From Octopus vulgaris (Eukaryota), in the NCBI GenBank assembly GCA_951406725.2, contig OX597825.1, positions 85,808,001 to 85,872,000 on the forward strand: 64,000 nucleotides of DNA, given 5' to 3'. A program made the translations under genes and the position numbers. This document shows, piece after piece, positions 41,063-56,279 of the stretch (position 1 is the first letter of the stretch; each line of letters opens with the position of its first letter). The notes under the pieces were generated by a model that did no database searches, was not told the DNA's origin, and saw only the letters and a program-made list of their open reading frames with translations.

Positions 41063-42294
41063 CTTTTTTTATTAGACACAAAGATCTCGAACAATAAAAT
41101 ACAATAAAGTAGTTTGAGGAGAGGACATACAAAAAATAAGTGTGGAGGTGTGAGGGGAAAACAACTTAGATAAACACGAGGGGAGAGTTGAAAGGCGTTA
41201 CACAATTAAAACTGTTTAAAATGTACAAATAGACACAAATAATGGCATAGAAATGAATGGACAAATAAAGTATAATAAATAAGGGATAATAATTAAAACA
41301 AGAACTAATTCAAACAGAGAATAAAACATGAAAGACATTTAATTCTTTTGTTTCCGTATTTTTGTTGAAACACGAGGCCTTTGTTTCAATTAATTTCAAA
41401 AACAATGAAGAATTTACTAAAATACAATTATTATTAGTCTGTTGGCGTTTGACACAGAAATTAACATAAAATTTTGACTGAAGGTTTTAATTTAAATCAC
41501 TTTAGAATACGAAGCTTGCGTCAAAAACTTTTAACGAAGGAATGGTTTCGTTGGTTGACAGAAAATGCAAATGTGTGTACGAAATTCCAAATACCAGTCA
41601 TTCGAGTTTCTAGAATTTTCTGTGAGAGAGATTCCATAATATTAAAGTGTAAATTATAAAGATTTTTAACGTTTGTCCTATTAACTGACATTTAGAATTA
41701 TTTCTTTATATTTCTACCAAAGTTTACAGACAATGCCACAGAGCAGAGATATTTCAGGCATTGCAACGTAGGAAAGATATTTCGGTTGTGATATATTAAT
41801 ATTTTTTTCAAACACACAAACTCAAGAACCTCTTCGGAATTTTGACGCAATTTGCATCAATCCATAATTTATTTCCAGTCATTAGAAATCCTTTAACATT
41901 ATTTCGGCTCCGGAAAATAACGTCGTCTTTTTTGCTTCTTTTATCATTAGTTTTTGACAAGAACATGGTTTCGTTTAGAAAAAGGTCCATGCTGTGCATA
42001 GAGAATTATATTTGCTGATGGAAAAATAATATTATCTTCGCGTTTTTCGTAAATAGAATTAAAATAAATATTACCTTGGCTCAGACAGGTTGGGGAAGGG
42101 GGTATATTATCGGGGTTGATATTTATGGCACTGTTGTGTGTATGTATGTATGTATATATATATATATAATGGCCTGATCATTGTGGTATCTTATAGAAAA
42201 CGTGACTCAGTCAGTAGACGCCAATTTTGTTTTCATGCATATGTATAATTATTTGCATGCATGTATGCGCATATATATTTATGCATATATTACA

Positions 42295-42346
<52 letters not shown>

Positions 42347-42394
42347 TTATATACATTTATATATATATATTTATATATAAACTGTTATATATAC

Positions 42395-42435
<41 letters not shown>

Positions 42436-42509
42436 TATTATATATGTATATACATACATACATACATACATACATACAAACATTCATACAAATAGACAAA
42501 TTGATAGGC

Positions 42510-42651
<142 letters not shown>

Positions 42652-43119
42652 GCAGATACTATGTTTATATGCATATGTGTATTTTGTGTTTGTATATGGC
42701 AGTAAACCTATATTTATGTGTGGGAAGTGGGTACCGATCAACAGAAGACGATCACTGTAAATCATACGCGCACACATACAAATGCATACGCACATACAAA
42801 TCAAAGCAAACACACACACACACATACATATACATACGTGTGGAGAGGAGTGTGTGGAGTTACCTCTCTTTGCTCTCAAATTTTCTCCGACTCTGTCATT
42901 TTCTGTCATTTACTCTCTCTACCTCTATCATTTTATGGAATTATGTCTATCATACCCAGCTACTGCTGCTGCTGTAGCATTGTGGAATTGTCTTATTCTA
43001 TTTACTGAGCATTCTTCCAAGAAATATCCCCGATATATTCACGAAATGACTGTTCCTGTTACTATTGTGATGACTTTACTAAATTTTATGTATTTTCTCT
43101 TTATATTAGATACACAGAC

Positions 43120-43350
43120 AGAGTGGAGCAGCGAGCTGTCAGAAATCGTCAGCACTCCGGACAAAATGCTTAGCAACATTAAGTCCGTCTTCAAGTGCTG
43201 TGCTCAAATTTTGCTGGGGTTGAGTTTGCCCTTCATCCTTTCGGAGTCGATAACATAAGTACCAGTTGCGCGCTGGGGTCGATGTAATTGACTGACCCCT
43301 TCCCACGAAATTACAGGCCTTGAGCCAAAATTTGGAACCAGTATTAGTTA
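43120..43350 (+). mobile_element. SINE family A copy
   Basis: gcgagctgtcagaaatcgtcagcac...ttcatcctttcggagtcgataacataagtaccagttgcg. Confidence 0.75.
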
Positions 43351-43489
43351 CCCAGTATTGAGTACTGTAAGGATTACGCGGAGAGGAAGAAGTTGTGTAG
43401 TGTAACATTTTGGCAAATCTTTGGAGATTTTATTTCTAATTCACTGGCAACAACAGCTTGTGTTACAAACTCTTTCTTTGGTAATATTC

Positions 43490-43890
43490 TTTTCTATTAT
43501 AGGCACAAGGCCTGACATATTTGGGAAGGGAAGAGGCAGTCGATTAGGTTGACCCAGTACGCAACCGGTACTTAATTTATCGACCCCGAAAGGGTGAAAG
43601 GCAAAATCGACATTGGCGGAATTTGAACTCAGAACGTAAAGACGGACGAAATACTTATTTCTTTACTACGCACAAGGGGCTAAACTCAGAGAGGATAAAC
43701 AAGGACAGACAAATGGATTAAATCGATTATATCGACCCCAGTGCGTAACTGGTACTTATTTAATCGACCCCGAAAGGATGAAGGGTAAAGTCGACCTCGG
43801 CGGAATTTGAACTCAGAACGTAGCGGTAGACGAAATACCGCTAAGCATATCGCCCAGCGAGCTAACGATTCTGCCAGCTCGCCGCCTTTT
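43490..43890 (-). mobile_element. SINE family A dimer
   Basis: Two successive cgaccccgaaag...ggcggaatttgaactcagaacgta units, ending ctgccagctcgccgcc. Confidence 0.85.
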
Positions 43891-44019
43891 TCTTTAGTGA
43901 TATTGCTTTGCCTGCTTATGACGGCGCGGTACGTTTGTGTTAATTTACTTGCTCATATCCCCCAAATTTCTTTATTCCCCGCAGGGGGCTTCATATCCCC
44001 AAAATAATGGAACCTTGTC

Positions 44020-44194
44020 CCAAAGATACGTTCTTGTCATTGTTTCAGTTGTTTGACAGCGGTCATGTTGGGGTTATTTCATTTAATTTTCACGTATCGT
44101 ACTTACCCCAGTAATCTTTTCGCCCAACCGCTAACTTGCAGAAAAGTAAACAAGCTCCTACCTGCTATCAAACGATGAACGCACGATTAAAACA

Positions 44195-44231
<37 letters not shown>

Positions 44232-44840
44232 ACACACACACACACACACAACACATAACTCACGACACATACACACACATATGACAAGTTTCACAATTTT
44301 CGACTACCAAATTCATTCACAAGGTAGTGATAGAACCCAACTCTTCCCAGCATGCAGTTGCCTAAAGGGCCGCTCAGTAGGACTGTACCTAAGACCACTT
44401 TGTTGCATAGCAAACTTTTATATATATATATATATATACACACACAGATATGTTTTTTTTCTTTTACTTGTTTCAGCCATTAGATTGCAAAACTATGGAG
44501 GGGAACTGCCTTGAAGAAATTTAGGTGAAGGAATCGAACCCCGTAACTTTTTTTAAGTCTGGCACTCCCTCGGAAGCTTTTGCGGAACCGTTAAATTTAC
44601 ATTGGACGCAAACACAACAGCACCGGTTGTCAGCGGTGGTGGGGGACAAATAGAACCACAATGACACACTTAGATATATATATGACGACCTTCTTTCTAT
44701 TTCTGTCTACCAAATCCACTCACAAGGCTTTTGTTGCTCCGAGGTTCTTGTAGAACACATTTTCTTAAGGTGCCACGCAGCGGAATTGAACCCGGGAGCT
44801 TGTGGTTGGGGAGCGAACTTCTTACCACACAACCAGATGT
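44020..44840 (-). mobile_element. Two SINE family C copies
   Basis: ttgtttcag...accgctaa / ...ctaccaaatccactcacaaggc...ggtgccacgcagcggaattgaacccgg...cttaccacac. Confidence 0.75.
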
Positions 44841-44901
44841 ATAGATAGATGGATAGATAGATAGATACATACATACATACATACATACATACATACATAC
44901 A

Positions 44902-44932
<31 letters not shown>

Positions 44933-45502
44933 TCACACAAAGAGAGAGAGAGAGGGAGTGGTTACAAAGAAAATGGACGTAAATAAGAGAAGTGCAATGA
45001 AAGAGAATTTAAAACCACTGAGGGAGCACGGATTGAGTGAGAAATACTTAAATGGACGCAAATATTGCAGCGTATTATAGAATAGTTCGGAAGAGAGGCC
45101 ACGATGCGCTGGGTGAAAGGTGAAAGGCTGCAAGTAAACACAGGATATTGTTGGCGGCAACTACTGGGTATAGGTCAGAGTTGGGGTCGGGGGTTCGAGT
45201 GTGGGTCAGGAAGGGGTTTGGTTGATTGTTCTTGTGTGTTCATTGGTCAACCTAAAAGATATTGAAGAAAAGAATATACCATATTCTAATTTGGTCGATC
45301 ACCTAAGGCAACTTGAACATACAGGTGCGCGTGAATGCAATTATATATATACAGACAGAGAGAGAGAAAGAGAGAGAGATAGACATACTGAGAGACAGAC
45401 AGACAGATCGACAGACAGACAGGCAGACTGCTAGCTAGCTAGCTAGATAGATAGATACATGCATACATACATACATACACACATACATAAATAGATACAT
45501 AG

Positions 45503-45544
<42 letters not shown>

Positions 45545-45626
45545 GGAGATAGATAGATAGATAGATAGATACATACATACATACATACATACATACATAC
45601 ATACACACATACATAAATAGATACAT

Positions 45627-45674
<48 letters not shown>

Positions 45675-45676
45675 GG

Positions 45677-45740
<64 letters not shown>

Positions 45741-45801
45741 TTACATAATTATATATGGTTCCACAGAAATAGAACAAAATACAAATATGCATGTGTGTGT
45801 G

Positions 45802-45836
<35 letters not shown>

Positions 45837-46225
45837 ACGCGTGCGTGCGTGTGCGTGCGCGTGTGCGTGCGCGTGTGCGTGCGAGTGTGCATGCGTGTGT
45901 GTACATGAATTTCGCAAATAACGGATTTGAAACAGTGAAATTATTATTAGTGGAATGGTGGAATGGAAGTGGCATTTCTTGTGAGAAAAAGCGAAAAATC
46001 AATGAAGATAAATTAAGACTTTCTCTCTGCTTGGTCATCGGAATTCTTAAAAAGATATTTTCAGAACTTCCGACAAGCCCCCTTAGTTAAGTTTCCGCCT
46101 TATCGGACGTGTGCGCATGTGCATATATATATACATATGCGTGTGTATGTATACAAATATATGCATACCTATATATGTATATATTAGTAATTTTATATAT
46201 GTATACATATATATGCATATATGTA

Positions 46226-46266
<41 letters not shown>

Positions 46267-46683
46267 GTGTAATTATATACATGTATATATATTTGTATAT
46301 GTGTATATATATATATATACATACATACATGCATACATACATGTATATATGTTTGTATGTATGAATGCGAATGTGTGCGTATGAGGGCGCTAGTGGCTTA
46401 TTTTGTGCGCACGCATGTGAGCGCCGCGTTATTTTTTCCCCGTCTATTTTTTCTTCCATGCAAAGATCATAAAAATAGAAACCAGGAACACAACTTTATT
46501 CACGAAAGGTTGCGAATCAATGTTAATGGGATTTTAATATCAATAATATTAGACCAACACGGCTATATTTCATTGTAGAAATAACACAAACTCAACTTCA
46601 AAGCAAGCTCGGAATGTGTGGACATATATATATATATATATATATATACACACGTGTGTGTGTATGAGTGTGTGTATTCATAC

Positions 46684-46752
<69 letters not shown>

Positions 46753-47037
46753 AGCGCATATCTGTATGTGTATATATCAATGAATCGGATGGTGCACTTA
46801 CCAACATGTGTGGTTTGTGTGTGTGTGTATGTATGTATGTATGTATGTATGTATGTATGTAGGTAGGTAGGTAGGTAGGTAGGTAGGTAGGTAGGTAGGT
46901 AAGTATCTGTATGTATCTCAGCTTCGTGGTTGTGGCTGGGCAACAGAAAATGTAAGCAAAGGTGTGTGTATATTTATACTAAGCAAAATCTCTCTCTCTC
47001 TCTCTCACCATATGTGTGTGTGTTTGTGTGTGTGTAC

Positions 47038-47069
<32 letters not shown>

Positions 47070-47499
47070 ATCATTCTTTCCTTCCTTCCTTGCGCCCTCC
47101 ACAGCTGATAGAGACGCAGAGACGCCGCAGTGCCGCGCCGGGTCATATTCAAAGCTGGCGTAGCTCATCCGTTTCCAGGAAATATGTGCGTTGAGAACGG
47201 ATGTACGTATAAATGTGTAAGTGGTGGGTGCGTGTATTATTCAAAATTGCACTATAAGGAAATACCTCAGGGTGACCAGTGGCATCATTTGAACAACAGT
47301 CAAATACAGGTATACCAAATACCATACAACCACATGTTCCTGATATTGTTATTCTTGGAGATGGTCATCTATGACCTCGTCAGTGCTCCTCCGTGTCCCC
47401 TCGACACAAAAGGGACGCATGGGAATGAGATTCACTGATGAGGTCACAGAATGTATGAAGAAAGAACTTTAACAGACAAATAACCTATAAATAGTACGA

Positions 47500-48720
47500 A
47501 TCAAAGCTAAAGTGAATATCAAATATATAGTGTGTGTGTTTAATTGGCAAAAAAGATCATCCCCAAATACAATATTTGTTTCGACACACGATTTCACATC
47601 AAGAATCATGCAAAACAAATTGGTAAATAAGTTCTTGATTTATTTAAGTTATCACCGACTTTGGAAGATGAACCAAAGATGTAGAAGTTTCCAATGGTTT
47701 CATCTACAAAAATCCCAGATCAACAGACATTCCAAAACCTTTCATCTTTGTCCCCAACTCGAAACCTAATCTTTTCTATTAAGCTGTTATTGTTTGTGCT
47801 GGGTCATCTGGTCATCGCCCGTTGCCACAACTCGACGACCCACATCCACCAACTACACAACACCCCGCCATCCCTGGACCTTATGGCACTTCAAGTCATC
47901 CAACTAATTCCTACTAATTCTAAGCTGACAATCCCTGGCAGCACGTGTTCTTCGTTTACAACTCACCAGAAAGAGGGCCTAAGCGGCTCCCCTCCAGGGA
48001 TATCCCCTTCACATCTCACAGACAATAAAAACTTAATACTCCAATCTCCCAAGTATTTAAACATGGATGTTTAAATACAAAAAAGGGCCCTCAACGCTAA
48101 AGTAACTCACTACTACCGAAAAACAAATGGAACAGTGTTTCTTTTTCAGTAACTCATTTATCTGCATCAGAAAGCCATCATAACTGCCCTTGGTGTCAAA
48201 TCGCAGCCGACATTTTTTCTGGTTTTTTGCCGAAGAACCTCAATCCTCGTCGTACAATCCTCTTTTCTTCCACTTGTCAACAACAATAGATCTGTGATCA
48301 TACAAAACTTCCATCTTTCTATACGTGCCATCCTTGCTACATTCACCTATCTTTTTTTAAAACATTCGCTAGACAAAACTTGCCTCTCTACTCTCACTTT
48401 CCTTTTCAAGTGGTACTTGAAGAAGTTAATGAGAGATTGACCAGAGAGGAAAGTGTTTGTCTCCAATCCTTTCAGACGCGTCCACCAGATACAAGGCACA
48501 CCCCCGTCCATACATAAATAACAGGTGCAAAAATATTTCCCATCGCTTCAAACCAACAAGGTCACCGTCTCTTCCAACAACCCTTTCATTACCTCTAGAC
48601 ACAAAAAACATTCCAATATCTCCTTCTCTACAGACATCTACACTGATCTTTAGAAACACGCTTCAATGAGTCTTATTCCCGACAAAGACAAATTCCTTTA
48701 AACCTGCAAATAATTCACTT
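47500..48720 (+). pseudogene. Probable highly decayed Penelope-like element
   Basis: RT-like remnant (FLF...IY..QK...LG..QIAADIF across frameshifts, ~48138-48220) and a GIY-YIG-like TRYKAH..YINN segment (~48483). It is preceded by inverted HHR-core remnants at 47372-47446. Confidence 0.35.
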
Positions 48721-48999
48721 TCAAGTAATTAAAAGTAATGGAAATGACGACCCCCAACACCTTTAATCACCCTCTCCCTTCCTTCCCACAATATTCCCCT
48801 TTCTTTTTTCTTTCATTACAAGTGTTGGCTTCCCAGTCACCATTCATACGGGGACTGTACCTTTTTGGACACACTCATTCATTTGGGTTGATTGTCTTTC
48901 ATGCACTGCGTGGCATCACTTCGACCAAAAGCCATGAATCACATCTGGTCGGGGGGGGGACCTTTCCAGTTAGGCCCTTTGCCCACTTGTTCTTTGACG

Positions 49000-49510
49000 T
49001 CAACCATGATTATGACAATATTCCTTTGTTTTTGTTTTTCCTCCTTGTAATTCTGTCTTGATAGCTCCTATCTACATTGCATCCTTTTTATGCCCCGCAT
49101 TGTTTCCCCATAATCCGCTCCAGAACTCCTTGGCTTGATTTGCATCAGGAGCAACATTTTCCCCATCGTCTCCTTCTAACGTTCAGAAGAATTGCTTCGA
49201 GTTATTTCTCATCAATCTCTTCTCCTCGAACTGTTTATTTCTGTTCTTCTGATCATCTGACTTTTTGCCATGATCCTCTGTTTCAACTGCTCCATTATTG
49301 CATTAAACCCGTTCTTCCGTATTATATATTTCTTCTCAAATTTTTCTCTGTCGGTCTTTTCCCCATTTTTCAGTTTCCTCTTAACCATTGTTCAATTTTA
49401 CCGAGATCTTGCCTTGCCCGAATTATGTCTCTTTCAATGTGTCGTTTCCACCATGGTTCTTTTGCTCCACCATTTTTTTGTCCTCTTAAGTTGTAATTTC
49501 TCTTCAACAA
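49000..49510 (-). pseudogene. N-terminal ORF fragment of an R4/Dong-like LINE
   Basis: EPWWKRHIERDIIRARQDLGKIEQWLRG...IEQLKQRIMAK, the same region as 39612-39911. It abuts (AAT)n. Confidence 0.65.
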
Positions 49511-49512
49511 AC

Positions 49513-49637
<125 letters not shown>

Positions 49638-49639
49638 TT

Positions 49640-50106
49640 GTGCAGTGCAAGTCAGTGGTGCTCGTGGTTTCTGATCTTAACTGATTGGAAGTGTTATCAC
49701 GTGCACGCGTTGTCCTGACATAAATGTTGTGCTACAGTAAATATTCTGTTCAATATCACAGATTTTCTTGTCAGTTCTAAGACCTTAAATAGTTGCTGAG
49801 TAGAATTATTTGGGGTTTGGATAATTCACCTCTTGAAATATGGGTGTTTCGTTCATCATCCTTAAACAACCCTCATTCAGTGAACTTTTGAGCAGGATGG
49901 GCGTCTCGACCTGAAGAAAATTCTAACTGGGCCCCACCTGCAAGGTCATGTGATGTTTATTTTGATATGAGACCCCATGTCATGCCCATATGGTTGTGAT
50001 GCCTGCGCCTGGTGCACCCTTATCACACGGGTAGTCATGATGTGTATACTGGACGTCGTATGATTGTAAACCTGCATCAATTTGATGGCACGCACTGCTC
50101 TCTCAC
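49640..50106 (-). mobile_element. Repeat family D copy
   Basis: Reverse complement of 38912-39395 (aagaaaattctaactgggccccacctgcaaggtcatg; gcactgctctctcac). Confidence 0.8.
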
Positions 50107-50134
50107 TAGATAGTAATAGATGAATAAAAATGCA

Positions 50135-50188
<54 letters not shown>

Positions 50189-50191
<3 letters not shown>

Positions 50192-50799
50192 TAAGTAATT
50201 AAGGGTTTAGCAACGATTTGCCTCACCACACACCGAATTTAGAAATAGCAGTCAAAGAGTTATAGCTATTCTTTCTACTAAAAGGGAGATCTCAGTAAAA
50301 CCACAGCACTTGAAAGGCAAACACAAACAGGCAAGAGAGAAAGAAATGACAGCAATCTATCATACAATTTTAAGTCACCTACGGACGTACGTTTCGAGAT
50401 TAAGTTTTAGGAAAGCATAAGAATTAGATAATCATGTCTTACCCAACCTCTTCTCTCATCAGCGTAGGACACTACAATTATGAATAATTGTATATTAAAT
50501 TTCGAGATACTAGAAGGCATCATCTCAACTCAGTATCAGAGCGAGCTAAAACCGTTACCAGTATCACTAAATTCAAAGTGTGAATGAAAGTTCGTGTCAG
50601 CAACCCCTTCCCACCCGCGTGTAGCCAAGGCAAGATGTTGCGGTCATTTACTGGGATGAAATATGGTTATCAGTAATAAAATAGGGTAAAACTAATTAAT
50701 TTGGAATAATCAATTAATTTCACCAAGTAGATTTCGGCATGTAAAAGCCTCGTTCGAGGAAAGTTTAAGTAATACTAAGTAATTAAGGGTTTAGCAGTG

Positions 50800-50804
<5 letters not shown>
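50189..50804 (-). mobile_element. Terminally redundant non-coding HHR-bearing unit (retrozyme/Penelope-pLTR-like), 584 bp period, in (TA)n
   Basis: tactaagtaattaagggtttagca occurs at 50189-50212 and 50773-50796, with (TA)n on both sides and an internal HHR. Confidence 0.7.
50378..50468 (-). ncRNA. Type I hammerhead ribozyme motif (best copy)
   Basis: Minus strand cctacg CTGATGA gaga...tctc GAAAC gtac GTC cgtagg: 6 bp stem I, G-C-closed stem II with a long imperfect extension, palindromic acgtacgt stem III, GUC triplet (cut between 50384 and 50383). Confidence 0.85.
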
Positions 50805-50855
<51 letters not shown>

Positions 50856-51161
50856 GAAATATGTTACGAAAAGAAAATATAAAATACACGTGGAAATGTA
50901 AGGGTAAATATGAAAAATCGACGAAAATGCATATTGCAAATAGAAAAAGGCTATTTATGACAGGTAACGACAAATATATACATTTAGATTGACTAAGGTA
51001 GTAATACGAGTCATAAAAGTCATTATTATGAGATGATTATAAGATGATAATAAAGTAAGAGAACAAAACGGACCATGGTTTACGCAAACTATTCATCGTT
51101 TGAGTAACAAAACTTACTTGGAAGAGGATGCATGGCGATCGATCATGTAATAATATAAATA

Positions 51162-51235
<74 letters not shown>

Positions 51236-51239
51236 TATA

Positions 51240-52264
<1,025 letters not shown>

Positions 52265-52335
52265 GCACATATACGTATGTATATATGCATATCTATATAT
52301 ATTTTTTATGCTTATATATATATATTTATTATTTA

Positions 52336-52370
<35 letters not shown>

Positions 52371-52379
52371 CTTTAACTG

Positions 52380-52437
52380 AGGAAAATTTTCACAGATGTT
52401 TACTCGATGTTCCGTGTGACCATTTATCAGACAGTTG
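52380..52437 (-). ncRNA. Degenerate homologue of the 57298 hammerhead
   Basis: tactcgatgttccgtgtgaccatttatcagacagtt aligns with tactcagagtttcgcacgaccgttcatcagacagtt. The core is mutated (CTGATAA, GGAAC). Confidence 0.45.
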
Positions 52438-52763
52438 CAATTATTAAAAATGAATATTCAGTAAGTTTAAGAAGATGCTTTCTGTTTTAAAAAAGAATAA
52501 TACATCAGTCGAACTTTGATATTGGTGTAGCTTTTACACCTTGTTTTGCACCTATTTGCCTACTCGTGTGTGTGTATGTATGTACGTATGAATATATATA
52601 TGTGTGTGTATGTATATATACATATTTAATTAGATATCTACGCAAACTTAAATATATACATATCTACATACACACACAGACACACGTATATATATACAAT
52701 ATATACATGCATGAACCTATATATGTGTGTGTGTATGTGCTTGCGTGTGTCTGTGTGAATATA

Positions 52764-52801
<38 letters not shown>

Positions 52802-53033
52802 TACATATTTACATAGATATGTACAGAAACTTAGACACATACCTATCTACATATACACACACGCATATATACCATATATATATACATAAACATGTGCGTG
52901 TGCGCGCGCGTATCTGTATATGTATATATCACTGACTGAATTGACTCCACAAATAAAGACGTCATTACACAAACCAGTTTTCAAAAACGAACATTTACCT
53001 ATACTCATACACATACAGACAAATACACACACG

Positions 53034-53068
<35 letters not shown>

Positions 53069-53842
53069 ATTCATACATACATACATACATACATACATAC
53101 ATACATACATACATACATACATTCATACATACATACATACATAATTACATACATAATTACATACATACATACATACTTACATACATACATACACACAGAC
53201 AATGTATGATCGTATATAGACAGACGTATGTGTATACGATTTACACCGAGTTAAAGAAATCAATACTCACGTAATATCTCTCACACATACAGATGTACCT
53301 ACGCAAACAACACACACACAGTATAAATATACACACAAACACACATATCAGACAGAAAAAAAACATATGTAAAACCACATACACACAAACACTCAAAACT
53401 GTAATATAATGAAAAAATATTTGATATTCAACAAAAATCATTGAAATCAATTGAATTTGCCTCAATTTACGGTCATTGTATTTTAAAGTAAATAGTTCTA
53501 TGTAGACTCAGTTTAATGTATTTTAAGAGTTCTAGAATATCAAGTTATAATGTATGTATATATTATATAAAAGAACATAGAGAGAGTGTACAATAGTCTT
53601 GGACAATATCATTGATACGTGAATATGGAATTTAAAATAGGACGATGTACATATATCTACAACATCAACAGAGGCAGAGATGCGGGGTTGAAATATTACT
53701 TTCTTAATGTGCTCCTAGTATTGATCCAACTGCGCGATAACAAGAGCAAATGTATTCTACGGTTGCCTTCATTTCAACATTATTTTTGTAGTGGAATTTG
53801 TTGGTCTACGTTTAGTTTATATGTACCTATGTATGTGTACGT

Positions 53843-53891
<49 letters not shown>

Positions 53892-54054
53892 CTAAATTAT
53901 TGATTGATACAGATATGGGGGCATATATACATGACTTTAAGTTTCTGTTTCAACAACTCGTTGAGAAACTTAAAGTACTGTAAGTAAATCTCCATAGCTT
54001 ATCCAACCAATAAATATACTTCTCTATTTCCAACGATGATATGGTCTAGGTAGT

Positions 54055-54362
54055 AGGAGCACTCCGTCGGTTACGACGATGAGGGTCCCAGCTGATCCGA
54101 TCAATGGAACAGCTTGCTCGTGGAATTAACGTGCAAGTGGCTGAGTACTCCACAGACGCGTGTACCCTTAACATAGTTTTAATGGAGATTCAGCGTGACA
54201 CAGTGTGACAAGGCTGACCCTTGGGAATTTTTGCCAGCTGAGTGGACTGGAGCAAAGTGAAATAAAGTGTCTTGCTCAAGGATACAATACTTCTCCAGGA
54301 ATTGAACTCACGACTTTACGATTGTAAGCGGAATGCCCTAACCACTAAGCCACGAGCCTTCG
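54055..54362 (-). mobile_element. tRNA-derived CORE-type SINE (family B)
   Basis: gcactccgtcggttacgacg...ctgagtggactggagcaa...gtcttgctcaagga...ccctaaccactaagccacg. Confidence 0.85.
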
Positions 54363-55149
54363 CGAAATAAGGTCTGCCACGTTTTCCGTAACACGTCGTT
54401 TGTCAATATATATGTGTGTAAGTGTAGGTGTGTGTGAGTGTGTGTGCGTTTGTGTTTGCGTGTGTGTATGTGTGTGTGTGTGTGTGCGTGTGTGCTCATG
54501 TATGTGCCTCTGTGTGTGTGCATAGAGAGATAGAGAGGGAGGGACAGAAAAACGTTTAAAATATCTCATATTTCAAAATATCCCATGCAAATCGGATACA
54601 GAAAAATAATAAAAAGAAGAATTTGTAGGATTCCTTTTACGCTGCAGCCAATTCATTTCAAAAGTACGTTATCATAATTAAATCGTTTCAAAACAGGACA
54701 TTACGTATTCAAAACGCATTCAGACTGTTTCAAAATACATTATTACATATTTCAAAATATATCGTATCCAAAATACATTACTACAACCAAATAGTTTCAA
54801 GATTGAGTTTTCTATTCTCTCATTATTATCATTTCAAAAGTACCAAATACTCCAAGGTACATAATTACTAAAATACATAATTAATATTCCAAAGTACATA
54901 ATTACAAACTTGTTCAAGACATTTATTGAAATGTACGTGTGAAATGGTAATGGCTAGCTGCTGACTTCCATTTGGCATACAGTTTACCTACCAGAGATTT
55001 ACTCGTTATGGACTCAGAAGGGAGAGGGTAACAATCTGTACATTAGTAGACGCAAGTTAAGTATGTAAATTGTTTGCTCCTTTAATTATTAAAAAAAATG
55101 TAGGAAAACATATATTATAAATATTGAAAAATGGATTAATAATCAGTAT

Positions 55150-55620
55150 CACTGATTATGGATTTACGGTTGGTATATATTTTACAATACAAGAAGTTTG
55201 GCTGAGCATCTGTAAATTCTTAGCGAGTCTGATTTTGCTAATGTTCAGTCACGTATTTGTTGTAGGTGAAACGTCATGCGTTTTCTGAGTAGCATACTTG
55301 TTTGGTCAATATAATTCTCGCCACATTCCCAGCTTGTTATGACATAGATTGTTTATTGTTTTAAAAATTAGCCTATTTTTGTAACTCACAGCCTTCGGAC
55401 ATATTGATACAAATCCTACATTATTATCTTCTGCATTTTTAACTGTTCTGTCTTTTTATATAGTTCGAAAGCAACTGGGCATCCGATAAACGCTTGACAC
55501 GCTTCTCTTCACTTAGTTACTTACTGAACTTTCTGTCAACTTAAATGACATTAAAGTTTTAATTTTCAAGTACATTTAATTCCCATTTGTAATTGCGTCA
55601 TATGTCTAAACTACTATAAA
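55150..55620 (-). pseudogene. Penelope-like element GIY-YIG endonuclease remnant
   Basis: Minus strand IYVITS / CGENYIDQTSMLLRKRMTFHLQQIRD* (55350-55247), preceded by a CRIC CxxC-like motif. This matches the IYxIxC..C...YIGQT...R...H signature. Confidence 0.7.
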
Positions 55621-55674
55621 CTCCAAATTTGCCAGCAGGAAATGTATAACTATTTGTAGAAGTTTATTCCCTTG

Positions 55675-56060
55675 TTACCTCCGACAAGGAAGGAGGTTAT
55701 GTTTTCATCGGCGTTGGTTTGTCCGTCTGTCCATCTGTGTGCAAAATAACTCAAAAAGTTGTGAACCTTATTTGATGAAACTTGCAGGAAATGTTGGTAA
55801 TGACACAAGGAACAAATGATAAAATTTTGGTAGTGATCCGGAAATTTTTATGGATTCTTGAATGATTTTTCATTTTTTATAATTACTTTACATGAAGTAT
55901 TACAATGTTGCGTTCTTTGATTATCTCCCTTGAAAACGCGTTTATCGTATCCAGGTAACCTATGGTGGCGTTGCTGTTTCTAAAGTTTATTTTCGTTTCT
56001 CTATTAGTAATTTTTCTCGCGTATCTATCTTAAAAAGAGCTGCTTGGCGGAGGTCTGCGA
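55675..56060 (+). mobile_element. Helentron-associated interspersed element (HINE/DINE-1-like)
   Basis: 5' ttacctccgacaagg..ggaggttatgttttcatcggcg with internal gtccgtctgtcc; 3' subterminal inverted repeat ttggcggaggt (56044-56054) complementary to acctccgacaa. Confidence 0.65.
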
Positions 56061-56170
56061 AGGATGACATGACAAGCCTTGACTATTGGGATGATTCCTG
56101 TTTTTAAAGGGTTTTTTAATCATATGGGTGTGTTATTTTTTAGATAGATAGATAGATAGATGCATGCATG

Positions 56171-56279
<109 letters not shown>

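Noticed and set aside
51064-51102. Hammerhead remnant on minus strand (aaacg...AAACcatgGTCcgttt)
   Set aside because: Stem I and stem III look right, but CTG of the core is missing and stem II does not pair. Too decayed to call.
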